This document shows positions 19,701-27,625 of a stretch of DNA of 64,000 bases, in pieces. Position 1 is the first letter of the stretch. Each line of letters begins with the position of its first letter. The position numbers and the translations under genes are program-made. The DNA comes from a virus. The stretch is taken from the IMG/VR virus record IMGVR_UViG_3300020473_000017; one strand, 5' to 3'. The notes under the pieces were generated by a model, which saw only the letters and a program-made list of their open reading frames with translations, did no database searches and was not told the DNA's origin.

Positions 19701-22700
19701 GATACTACATCAGTACATGTTGGTGTTGTGGCACTAGTATCAGTAGCATGAGCTAAACTATCAGTAGCAATTGCTTGCTCAACAATAGAGAATAAAGTAT
19801 CAACAGTTGACTTAGGAGTTGTACATCCACCAGGATCAACTGTAATTGTTAGATCCTTAGATTGACCTACACCATGCCATCCTCTAATATTTACAGTCTC
19901 ATTAGCAATAACTTGTTGAGTAATATCACTTGCAATCTCCATGACTGCACGAGCATAGAACTCCTCACCATCTACGTGAGTGGTTCCAACAAAGTATCCT
20001 GCATGATCGTATACAGCATCGTTACCACCATTAACAAGGTTGTAAGCAACTGCTCTTAGAACATCAGATACATCATCCTTACAATCCTGATTATGATTAG
20101 GGATTGAGAATCTTGCAGCAGCAATTGGATCTGTTATACGAGGATAGGTGTAGTTTCCACCACCCTGAGCACAACTATAAATTATAGAATTAGTTGCAAT
20201 CTTAACTGTAGATCTAGCATGACTAATAGCATCAGCTGCAGCACCTTGATAAGTATGAGTTGTAGTGTTAGTAGAAGGAACTGTATCTAGTACTTGTACA
20301 TCAAATGTGTTCGTAGTAACATTAGAAATAATGACCCACTTGTTAGCAATTGGATCTGTCGAACGTGGATATGCAGTTGTTCCACCGCTACCATGAGTAC
20401 AACTAAAGCTTATTGCACCAACATCAAACTTAACTTTATCACCAACAGCAAATCCATGACCGTTGATAGTAACAGTCATAATACCTGTAGTAGGATCATA
20501 CGCACCACCAGATGCAGTATGTGTTGTAGGAGCTAGTAATTCATTAGATCCGATAGTTAATACTAGATCACCTGTAGCTGGGGTATATGTTGAAGATGAT
20601 GGAATATAATTGTTTATAGTAGAAGAAGTTGATCTCTTAACACCATTAGAAGTTGCACTTACAAATGAGTGTGCATAGTTACCACCAGTGATGACTGAAT
20701 TACCTAGTGCAGACTGATAAGCATGAGTTGTAGTGTTAGATGAGATACCAACATCAACAGTAATTGTAGTTCCTGTTGTTGCTACGATAGGAACTGAAGT
20801 ATTGTGTGACTTATCACGCTTCTGTGTGATTCCACCTGTTGTAGCAGATACAAATGCATGAGCATCTGTATTTGTTGATGGGATTGTAGATAAGACTTGA
20901 ATTTCAAATGTAGTTGAAGTTACATTAAAGATCTTCTGCCATTTTCCAGAAATAGGATCACCTGATCTTGGATATGACTTCTGTGCAGCAGGACCAGAAG
21001 CACCGCCAAATGCACAACTGAATGTAATAGAATTATCAGCAAGTTTAACCCAATCACCGTTTCTCATTCCATGAGAAGCAGTTGTCTCGACATGTACAAT
21101 ACCTGATGATGGGAAGTAGTGAGTACCACCCTTGGTTATAGCACCAGCAGATGTTCCACCCTGCCAAGTATGAATATAATCACCACCACTAGTAATAGCG
21201 TTAGTTGCAGTGAATCCAGGCTTCCATCTATGAGTAGAAGTATCTGAAGCAGTACCAACGTCTAGAGTAATTGTTGTTGCTGTTACAGCAGTAATGTTGA
21301 CCGCTGTATCGTATGCAGGGTCATCTGAGGTTGCTCCACCTTGTCCACTAGCACGAGGATATAAATGATCAGATCCATAGCTATCAGTATTACACTGGAA
21401 GCTAAGAGACTGATTAGCAATCTTAACACTGGTGTTTGCCTTAAGGCTATGAGCACCAATATCTAAAACCATAATACCTGTAGTAGGATCATATGTTGCA
21501 TCAGTTACTGTATGTTGTACTAAAGGAGATTGTCCAACATTTAAAGTAATTGTATCTGAACCTACTGCTTTAACAGGAATAGACTTTCCGTAATATGGGT
21601 CACTTGCTCTTGGATATGTCTTAGTTGAAGTGTTGCCATCCATTGTGCAATTGAAGGACAATGAATCAGGCTTAACGAATACGCTATCGCTAGTTGTTAA
21701 TCCATGACCATTACCAACTGTAAGAACCATATCACCACTGACTGCATTATAAGAAGCACCAGTGACATTGAAATTTGTACCACCAATTGCTGTATGTGAA
21801 TCAACTAATGCTCTTGGATATGCGTGCTCAGTTGATTGACTATCCTCATCACACTTAAATGTGATAGCACCAGTTGTAAGTTTAATATTTTCTTTAACGT
21901 GCTGAAGTCCATTACTAACAGCAGATACAAATGTATGAACATCATCAACTGTTAGTGCTACACCACCAGTACAATCAAACTTAAATGTATTTGTAGTAAC
22001 ACCCCAGATATTGATCCACTTACCAGCAATGGGTTGACCTGCTTTTGGATAAGACTCATTACCACCGCCACCATAAGGGCAACTCATGGTTATAGAACCA
22101 ACAGCAAGATTAATCTTATCTCCTTCTTGGAAACCGTGATCATTAATGGTCACAGTCATAATACCACTATGATTCTCAAGAGTTGCATCCGTTACTGTAT
22201 GAGAGGTAGGAGCCGCAAGGCTATGATTACCTACGGTAATCTCCATAAGACCCGTTGTAGGGGTATATACAGCGTTTGTGGGGGTGAACGTAACAGGTGG
22301 TGTAGTACCTACATTAATATCAAAAGTATCAGTAGTAATGTTAGAAACACTCTTCCAAACATTAAGTGCTGGATCAGTTGATCTAGGATATGTGTGCTTG
22401 GAGAAGTTGTCATCCATTGAGCAAGTAAAGGTCAATGAATCTTGAGCGACCTGTACTTTCTCACCAACTGTGAAACCATGACCAGGAATTGTAAGGGTTA
22501 GTACACCTGTAATTGGTTCGTATGCTGCATTAGTTACTGAATGCTGTGTGAAACCAACATCATTGTATACAACTGCTCTTGTTACAGAATTTGCTGCAGC
22601 ACTTACGAATGTATGTGGAGTAACGTCAGTTTTTGCCTTACCAACATTAACTTTAATATTATTAGCGTCTACCTTAATTACACCAAGATACTTGTTATAG

Positions 22701-25700
22701 AATGGATCTGTTGTACGAGGATACGTCTTATTAGAACCATCATTATCCATCTCACAAGTAAATGTGAGTGAATTAGGTGCAATTAAAATTCTGTCTCCAT
22801 CAACAAATGGGTGACTTGCAATGGTAAGAACCATTTCACCTGTTTGTGGATTATAATCAGCACCAGTTGGTTGGAATTGATATGTGCTTAAACCTTGGAA
22901 TGTATGTGTAGTAGTATTAGTTGGAGTAGTACCATTAAGTGCATTAATAGTAATATCATTTCCATTAACAGCAGTTACAGGAGTTTCAGTAAGACTTGAA
23001 ACAAAACGCTCTACTGCTTCTTCTGAAATGAACTTGTTATTAGTATTAATTAAATTAGCAGCATCCTGAGTTAGGTTAGGTACAGTACCATATGTTGCTC
23101 TATCAAGAGTAATAGTTTCATACTGTTGAGGATGAGTAGTATGTGGATGTCTTAGAATTGGTAGGTTACGAATTACCTTAGCAGCATATCCCTTAGCATT
23201 ATTGAATGCAGTTACATACTTACTCTGATTACTTGTAGTTACATCTTTAAGGAAGTAATTAGCAGCATCATATACTCTGTCATTACCACCCCACTTAAGG
23301 TTGTGATAAAGTGACTTCTTAAGGAAGTCGGAAATATCATCAGTACATGCTGTATTACCAGTAGGAACACTATATCCAGTATCAGCAACCATCTTCTCAA
23401 CAGATAGTTCTGCAATCATTTCAGCATTAGCAGCAAGTAAATCTGCAGCATCTGCTTGCTTATTATTCTCTGGGAAACTATTTGGAGTTCTATATGGTTT
23501 TCTTAAATCAGTGAAAGTACCATCAGTTCCTGTATATGTTGTACCTTCTGCTTCATTTTTACCAGAACTATTAACGCCAAGATCAAGAGTGAAAGTTCTA
23601 TGATCTACAATATCCTTAATAGGCCATGTGCTGTTAAGACTAAATCCATTCGCGAATGCAGCGACACCTTTAATTTCTACACCAGCAGAAGTACCAACAT
23701 TAACTGTAACTGTTCCAGCTGCATCTACTGCTGTAATTGCTAAAGTAGCACCGTATGCAGGGTCAGTTGATCTTGGATAAGTATGGGATGTAGCATGGTT
23801 GTCTCTAGAACATGTAAAGCTTAAAGAACCATTAGCAATGACTAATGTGTCAGAAGTAGTAAAGGTATGAGCACCTATTGATAATACTAGGTCTCCTGAT
23901 ACAGGGTCGTATGTTGCACCTGTTACATTCTTTTGAACACTACCAGCAGTTATTGTAATAGCATTACTTGCTGTACCACCATCATAAATGTGAGCATGAT
24001 TCTTATATCCTCTATAAAGGTTATGTCCTTGATTAACTTTAATAGTGGCAACATCATCACTTACAGCCCATGAAGTAATTGGATGGTCAAACTCCATCCC
24101 CAATGCACTAAATGTAGTAGGTCCAATTACAAGAGTACTATTTCTAGTAGAAGACTTCTCATAATGAGACTTAACATATCCGTATGCTTCTTGTGCAATA
24201 AATTCTTGGTTAGCTCTGATAGATTCAGCACCATCCCTAAAGCGAGCAGTCTGAGAGATCTTGACAAATCCATAAGGAGAGTTCCTTAGAGATGCAAGAA
24301 CATAGTTATTAGTAGAAATAACTGACTGGTTACCAGTTGGATTAAGTTGTGCATCAAATACACTAATAGCAGATCTTACAACAAATTGTAAGGCATAACC
24401 ATCAGCACGTTCAATACGATGCGTAATGTACTTACGTCCATTAAGATCTTCAACGTTATCTAAGACACTAACTGTAGATCCACTAGCAGTTGCAGTATTA
24501 GTTGTTGACTGAATATTTGCTGTCCTAAGTACAAAGGTAACAGTTAAGTTGGAACTATTGTATCTACCATAACCCATACCCAATTCAGTGTTACCAGGTA
24601 AGGATGGAGTACCAGATCCAAGATCAAACTGGTCAATAAGATATGTTTTACTTAATGCTTCAGATCCAGCTCCATCAAAGTTAAACTTAAGACCACATTC
24701 ACCAAGTGACTGCCAGTTAGAGAATAATGCAGTAGTTAAAGTATTATCTACGTTAGCAATAGTAACTGTGACTTCGCCACTTGATAAAGACCAAGATGGG
24801 TTAGTACCTGCACCCCAGTTAATAGCAGAACTTTGGAAACCATATAAGAAAACTTCCTGACCAACTTCATAGTCATGGTAAGAAGTACCTGCTAAAGTGA
24901 AAGTTGGACCATTATATGTCTGTTGTGTAGCTAATGTTGTGTCCAGAGTTGCGATTGATAATAATCTTGTCGCATCTTCAAATCTTTGATATCCTAAACC
25001 TGTACCTGTAAGATCTAAAGTTGTAGGAGCATCATTACCATTAGCATCCTTATTAAGAGCGTTAGCAGCAGTAGCAGCAAATCTTACCCAATCATTATTT
25101 TCTTTGTAGATATAATAAGTTGTACCATCTAGAAGACCACCAATCGCACCCATCTTACTAGCACGATATACAACACCATCTCCAGTTGCATACTGGTGAG
25201 TGAAGATTCTCATATTATTCGATTCTGGCATAATACTACCAGAAGTGAATAGATGGAGACTAGTATCTGGAGATACCGCAGTTATATCCTTTCTACCTGT
25301 AGTTGAAGTAAGTGTAGTAGCATTTAACCAAGTATCAAATAGTTCAATAGTATCAGCATCAACAAACCTTACATAATATACTGTACCATCAATAAGACCA
25401 CCAAGAGCATTAGTGTTCTCATCTTTCTGATAATAAACCTGATCACCACTCTTAAAGCTATGCCCAGTAATTGTTATTCTATCAGTGGTTAGATTAACCT
25501 TAGTAGAATCAGCTGCAAATGCAGTTGTTTCTCTTTCAGAATTAACTGTATGCTGATAAATCTGGTTAGAGATAGTCTCTAATTCAGGTCTTAATGATTC
25601 AGCATCAACAACGTCAAAGCGATCTGATACACTTGGGTTAGTGATATCAGTGATAATATTATTTGCTACAGCATCATAGAATATTTTCTCAGCGTCCTGG

Positions 25701-27046
25701 AATACGTCGTTAACACCTGACGTAATTAAAACCTTAACAGTACCACTTGCATTTGGTGTTCCAGCTGGTCCTGTGAAATTAACTTCTTGGATAGTACCTA
25801 ATGTACCTGAAGATCCACCTTGTACAAAGTAACCAACCTGTAGAGTTATGTCACTACCTGTATGGTTGTTAAATGTAATAAGGAAGATGTTATCACCACG
25901 GAACTTATCACCAGGAATAGCTGGGATTTGTGCAAGTTCTGGTTCGTAGTATAATCTCTGCTTATCGTCAAATACGAATGCATACTTCCAAGTATGAATT
26001 ACTGTACTTTGTGGGTCAGAAGAGTTCTGTAGTGCATCTCTGAATACACAACCAGCAACATATGTTTCGTTAGATGCTTTGATCATGTGACGATCAGCAT
26101 TTAACGGTCTTACAATTACACGACGTAGGTTGTCACCAATAAGTGAACAGTTCCTAGGAAGTGAAATTGGGTTATCTTCTAGGTACTCACCACCAGAAAC
26201 GATCAGTGATACGTACTCATCACTAGGATCTGGCTGTGCTTTCTGTAAACCGTAAGCAATTTGTGCTGCTTTCTTAATAGTTTTTACAGGTCTTGCAGCA
26301 GAACGACCATCATTTAGATCACTACCAATAGTTTGAGAGACATATACACGTCCACCAGTGTCATTTGTAGCAACTTTATAAACAAAATCTGTAGTTGCGA
26401 CACGTCTTGACTGATCAGTCAGAGGTGGAGTATCAGCAGTTGGATAAAATGTTGTACCAAAAGTATTACTTGTTACGTCTGTATCTTCGTAGTTGATTAA
26501 ATTAGGAGCACGAAGAGCCAGTGCAGGGTTGATAATGGTCTGGATGTCTAAGTTAACAACCTGAGCAGTATCAGAAATGATAGAACGAGTGGTTCTGATT
26601 TGACCCTCAACGTCAAGTTCGTACTGAGGATCGGTAGTATTAACACCAACGCGAATATTATTTTGAGGATTTAAGTTTAATGTTAATGCATCTTTCTCAT
26701 TAGCATCAACACCAACAGATAATTCTACAGATTCATCCCCTTGAATACTTAAAGAACGTACTCTTTTATATGATACTGTATTACCAGCAGTAATTACACC
26801 TAAGTTTGAACTCTGGAATGAAAGATTATCATCATCTACCTTTGATACTGTATAAGTTCCATCTGTTTCACCGCCAGATGTGAAATCTAAGTATAACTTT
26901 TCATCTCCAATGAAACCGTGAGCAACAGAAAGAATATTAACAACACCAGATACCGTCCTACTATAAGTGGAGTTTACCCAATTACCTGTAGGAGTAGCAC
27001 CAGATGCCTGTATTCTTTGCTGGTCGGCATTAATCTTAAGACTCAT
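13781..27046 (-). CDS. Giant tail-fibre or structural protein, 4421 aa
   Basis: VGVNTTDPQYELDVEG and ATTDFV fibre motifs, a split beta-helix, nested helical and beta repeats, four L.A..LDG motifs and a C-terminal AGPLTI..G.TVTI..G..WTIV module. Confidence 0.85.
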   Translation of the reverse strand: MSLKINADQQRIQASGATPTGNWVNSTYSRTVSGVVNILSVAHGFIGDEKLYLDFTSGGETDGTYTVSKVDDDNLSFQSSNLGVITAGNTVSYKRVRSLSIQGDESVELSVGVDANEKDALTLNLNPQNNIRVGVNTTDPQYELDVEGQIRTTRSIISDTAQVVNLDIQTIINPALALRAPNLINYEDTDVTSNTFGTTFYPTADTPPLTDQSRRVATTDFVYKVATNDTGGRVYVSQTIGSDLNDGRSAARPVKTIKKAAQIAYGLQKAQPDPSDEYVSLIVSGGEYLEDNPISLPRNCSLIGDNLRRVIVRPLNADRHMIKASNETYVAGCVFRDALQNSSDPQSTVIHTWKYAFVFDDKQRLYYEPELAQIPAIPGDKFRGDNIFLITFNNHTGSDITLQVGYFVQGGSSGTLGTIQEVNFTGPAGTPNASGTVKVLITSGVNDVFQDAEKIFYDAVANNIITDITNPSVSDRFDVVDAESLRPELETISNQIYQHTVNSERETTAFAADSTKVNLTTDRITITGHSFKSGDQVYYQKDENTNALGGLIDGTVYYVRFVDADTIELFDTWLNATTLTSTTGRKDITAVSPDTSLHLFTSGSIMPESNNMRIFTHQYATGDGVVYRASKMGAIGGLLDGTTYYIYKENNDWVRFAATAANALNKDANGNDAPTTLDLTGTGLGYQRFEDATRLLSIATLDTTLATQQTYNGPTFTLAGTSYHDYEVGQEVFLYGFQSSAINWGAGTNPSWSLSSGEVTVTIANVDNTLTTALFSNWQSLGECGLKFNFDGAGSEALSKTYLIDQFDLGSGTPSLPGNTELGMGYGRYNSSNLTVTFVLRTANIQSTTNTATASGSTVSVLDNVEDLNGRKYITHRIERADGYALQFVVRSAISVFDAQLNPTGNQSVISTNNYVLASLRNSPYGFVKISQTARFRDGAESIRANQEFIAQEAYGYVKSHYEKSSTRNSTLVIGPTTFSALGMEFDHPITSWAVSDDVATIKVNQGHNLYRGYKNHAHIYDGGTASNAITITAGSVQKNVTGATYDPVSGDLVLSIGAHTFTTSDTLVIANGSLSFTCSRDNHATSHTYPRSTDPAYGATLAITAVDAAGTVTVNVGTSAGVEIKGVAAFANGFSLNSTWPIKDIVDHRTFTLDLGVNSSGKNEAEGTTYTGTDGTFTDLRKPYRTPNSFPENNKQADAADLLAANAEMIAELSVEKMVADTGYSVPTGNTACTDDISDFLKKSLYHNLKWGGNDRVYDAANYFLKDVTTSNQSKYVTAFNNAKGYAAKVIRNLPILRHPHTTHPQQYETITLDRATYGTVPNLTQDAANLINTNNKFISEEAVERFVSSLTETPVTAVNGNDITINALNGTTPTNTTTHTFQGLSTYQFQPTGADYNPQTGEMVLTIASHPFVDGDRILIAPNSLTFTCEMDNDGSNKTYPRTTDPFYNKYLGVIKVDANNIKVNVGKAKTDVTPHTFVSAAANSVTRAVVYNDVGFTQHSVTNAAYEPITGVLTLTIPGHGFTVGEKVQVAQDSLTFTCSMDDNFSKHTYPRSTDPALNVWKSVSNITTDTFDINVGTTPPVTFTPTNAVYTPTTGLMEITVGNHSLAAPTSHTVTDATLENHSGIMTVTINDHGFQEGDKINLAVGSITMSCPYGGGGNESYPKAGQPIAGKWINIWGVTTNTFKFDCTGGVALTVDDVHTFVSAVSNGLQHVKENIKLTTGAITFKCDEDSQSTEHAYPRALVDSHTAIGGTNFNVTGASYNAVSGDMVLTVGNGHGLTTSDSVFVKPDSLSFNCTMDGNTSTKTYPRASDPYYGKSIPVKAVGSDTITLNVGQSPLVQHTVTDATYDPTTGIMVLDIGAHSLKANTSVKIANQSLSFQCNTDSYGSDHLYPRASGQGGATSDDPAYDTAVNITAVTATTITLDVGTASDTSTHRWKPGFTATNAITSGGDYIHTWQGGTSAGAITKGGTHYFPSSGIVHVETTASHGMRNGDWVKLADNSITFSCAFGGASGPAAQKSYPRSGDPISGKWQKIFNVTSTTFEIQVLSTIPSTNTDAHAFVSATTGGITQKRDKSHNTSVPIVATTGTTITVDVGISSNTTTHAYQSALGNSVITGGNYAHSFVSATSNGVKRSTSSTINNYIPSSSTYTPATGDLVLTIGSNELLAPTTHTASGGAYDPTTGIMTVTINGHGFAVGDKVKFDVGAISFSCTHGSGGTTAYPRSTDPIANKWVIISNVTTNTFDVQVLDTVPSTNTTTHTYQGAAADAISHARSTVKIATNSIIYSCAQGGGNYTYPRITDPIAAARFSIPNHNQDCKDDVSDVLRAVAYNLVNGGNDAVYDHAGYFVGTTHVDGEEFYARAVMEIASDITQQVIANETVNIRGWHGVGQSKDLTITVDPGGCTTPKSTVDTLFSIVEQAIATDSLAHATDTSATTPTCTDVVSAIDTFFGIITTALGTDGSYGDLSAVTRTFSPGDQQCLDDILHIVRALQYDLRYTGNSSIVESANKYISSGAIAHVTQEVDYTRAIFAYAKELCIKAIRNDLEPGFFSNIAPVSNSSITIDSSAPECANVVSALTTNWGILDNVLSSGTLYSGTITEPDPLITEQDAAKYKFPLLNLFLDLPVVEASPFIQNSSVISFLGGSGCDIDGAKVATPNVPRPGLKLDAQGNSIAQFDPQGKSMVANAFTIISFGGTAYNVTNDGYTQVVSVFAIFCQDGVVCQSGGYASITNSASNFGTYSLRATGFREDPYSFDIGVIDSITNDVDNNQVESGRQVIQVSGTTLTNIPTEDYIIRIGGCNPTDPAVEHIILETEVVSGAPGTQVVAKITTNRSMDYTDTAAPNTRNSYANGNLSNLVNRSIQFHRPSVVNSSSHTWEYSGSGNTYAALPQNGGFGLGTAYEASEQAFGQVYTSGTNEFGDFKVGNFVTIFNRTGAISFVGTVSISELSSIKIVGGDITITGFSDDDNLGGAFASDSLLPTQASVKDYISNNLGPYLNQPYSTNAVPSALVQLTSSGKINIDQIPALRPFNITSVTSQVERLAIEDANAGDIAIETTAVDFSVAPASVNTGTEEITITAHGANTGDGLTYTEGTTAIGGLSTATKYFVIKVDDNTVKLASTSSNATNGTAIDLTGQGTGTHTFTTDGTAISYILENDLESQFLAFTPNSNYSFTNGAILTGSSTTARGTVQSFNDGQIYNFVITDGGADYTGDFALTISAPGGSGTQATATANVTSGIVTKVTITNPGSGYYSQPTVTAPNSPTNNNAVLAAQIEGRVNINIANNIKFDAGDFILDGAGANEGTGTYSQSGTTITVDETGHNLSNASLVFLDFTSGQGADGFYTISLINANQYTVTSAASASTSGNFARKRIVDLTRVINTSASNAANWTQLTSTNIDASNIVAGTIDPERLASRGVSNSYTFLRGDSSWEYALQAIRPATQDCIVIDGSVTDSTYIDTITITNGGTSYTDGTYQNLPLEGGNVSVTDSGVARATYTVTSGVITSATVTDSGTGYTAGFSITIPAEFGGGNGAILTAVKGTINRVYGNIEIDMRKGDNLTPAATVYGNYGVFRFRKDVANQAVGNQSEGGFVIDNDGQVTIDQGPGSELNADKLDGNHGAFYQNAGSLNAGTLDPARLANTTYNISISGTADTANRVFNETASLTSNPSPAQAANGISAALRNNSATGLTDGGTTHGIMTYRREATGSAAIQIGYTDNDNLWIRGNSGGNTVYGNWSKIWSGANDGAASGLDADKLDGSQGLWYQSGYNFGNSKGGINTPMGDMFLPEVLGQDKMVFENFYLNDSGLKYTLYIPDFHCRTGANGNINPSGTYTIYSDVGATNNIGSIVVDANGVSELTHTSGEIYSLVTGTIAFVGNNTNANIYVVGPNPGTKWTVTSSNPISSGSTTVIGLRDAAAGAKLQIGKGSVSTTPTVDFRSSGQAPDYDVQFYISGGNTNNGNGTLRINTGDITVNGNTVWHAGNDGSSSQLDAHYLDGFTQSTAANANTIARRDASGHLTVNDLTGDQGTFNNTGTGVLQLAGANGVDLGKAATNSLSIKGRNSGTVGYIRFGTDTNDFGWNGTHLSYNGVYFRNARLGVGQSNPGSPLHVTKDQDGLAAWATFESGAANDGRILLGTSGGSPSITWDDKDNDNAWVMGADDANVSYFVLKGFANPGAAATINAQATTGSCNLAIYQATGRWFINRAAGTGAGSRLNVGGAIETDNQLKSTVATGTAPLSVSSTTVCTNLNADLLDGYSALNLPYLQGVVNTWISDDGGQQRFYFANNSHTYIKTGDDFFFRNDSDQTFASWDQGGRCHFHEPGGNSIQSTYRVQVTGDSGLNLNASEGLSSGQKSTVLRAGGDKQWIDSHGVFKRNRNSVGESITVANGDCCMSAGPLTINNGSTVTIDNGGSWTIV
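20120..22990 (-). repeat. Block of 9 nested ~95-aa YPR/HxF beta repeats in the 4421-aa fibre; one further solitary copy at about 23690-24000
   Basis: Unit pattern A.Y.P.TG...T...H....D.....S..F.C....YPR..DP......T.TF...V....H.F.SA..N. Confidence 0.85.
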
Positions 27047-27061
27047 TTCGTTCCTATTCTG

Positions 27062-27595
27062 TTATGATACTACTGTGATATCTAAAATACCAATCCACTT
27101 AACAGTAGAATTGGTTGTCACTGACTTCACTTCAAACGTGAAGAATGGAGCAGCTCCAATCAAGAAGGCATCTGGAGTTACACTCCAATTTTCCTGTCCT
27201 GGTGGATTATCCGTAATTATATTCTCATAACTAGATGCGACAGATGGAGTACCATCATTAGCAGTGGTCACTACAATATCAAATGTTGTTGCATAAACAT
27301 ATTGATTACTTGTAGTTTCCTGACCAAAAACTCTTGCCTTAATAAAAGATACCCTATCTGCAGCAAGTGCAGGGGTATTTCCAGCGAGAGCAGTTGTGCC
27401 ATCAAGTGTCAATTGTAAGGTATTGTTAGCAGCATCTGTTACTCTTTTAACAAGATACTTGTCATGCGTCGCATCAGCGAAATTATCGCTGACCATATGA
27501 ATTGCTGAAATGTTCTTGAGCTCGAAACTAGTGTTAACGACCTCTGTAGATCCTACAGCAAATCCTCCAATTGATGAGAAATTCTTTGTTGGCAT
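27062..27595 (-). CDS. Virion structural protein, 177 aa
   Basis: Beta-rich ORF between two fibre genes, with its own late promoter. Confidence 0.7.
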   Translation of the reverse strand: MPTKNFSSIGGFAVGSTEVVNTSFELKNISAIHMVSDNFADATHDKYLVKRVTDAANNTLQLTLDGTTALAGNTPALAADRVSFIKARVFGQETTSNQYVYATTFDIVVTTANDGTPSVASSYENIITDNPPGQENWSVTPDAFLIGAAPFFTFEVKSVTTNSTVKWIGILDITVVS

Positions 27596-27617
27596 GACGT
27601 TATAATACCTTCAGGGT

Positions 27618-27625
27618 TATTTATA
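27618..27625 (-). promoter_or_regulatory. T4-type late promoter TATAAATA
   Basis: Exact consensus overlapping the stop of the 2428-aa gene, 23 nt before the ATG at 27595. Confidence 0.8.
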
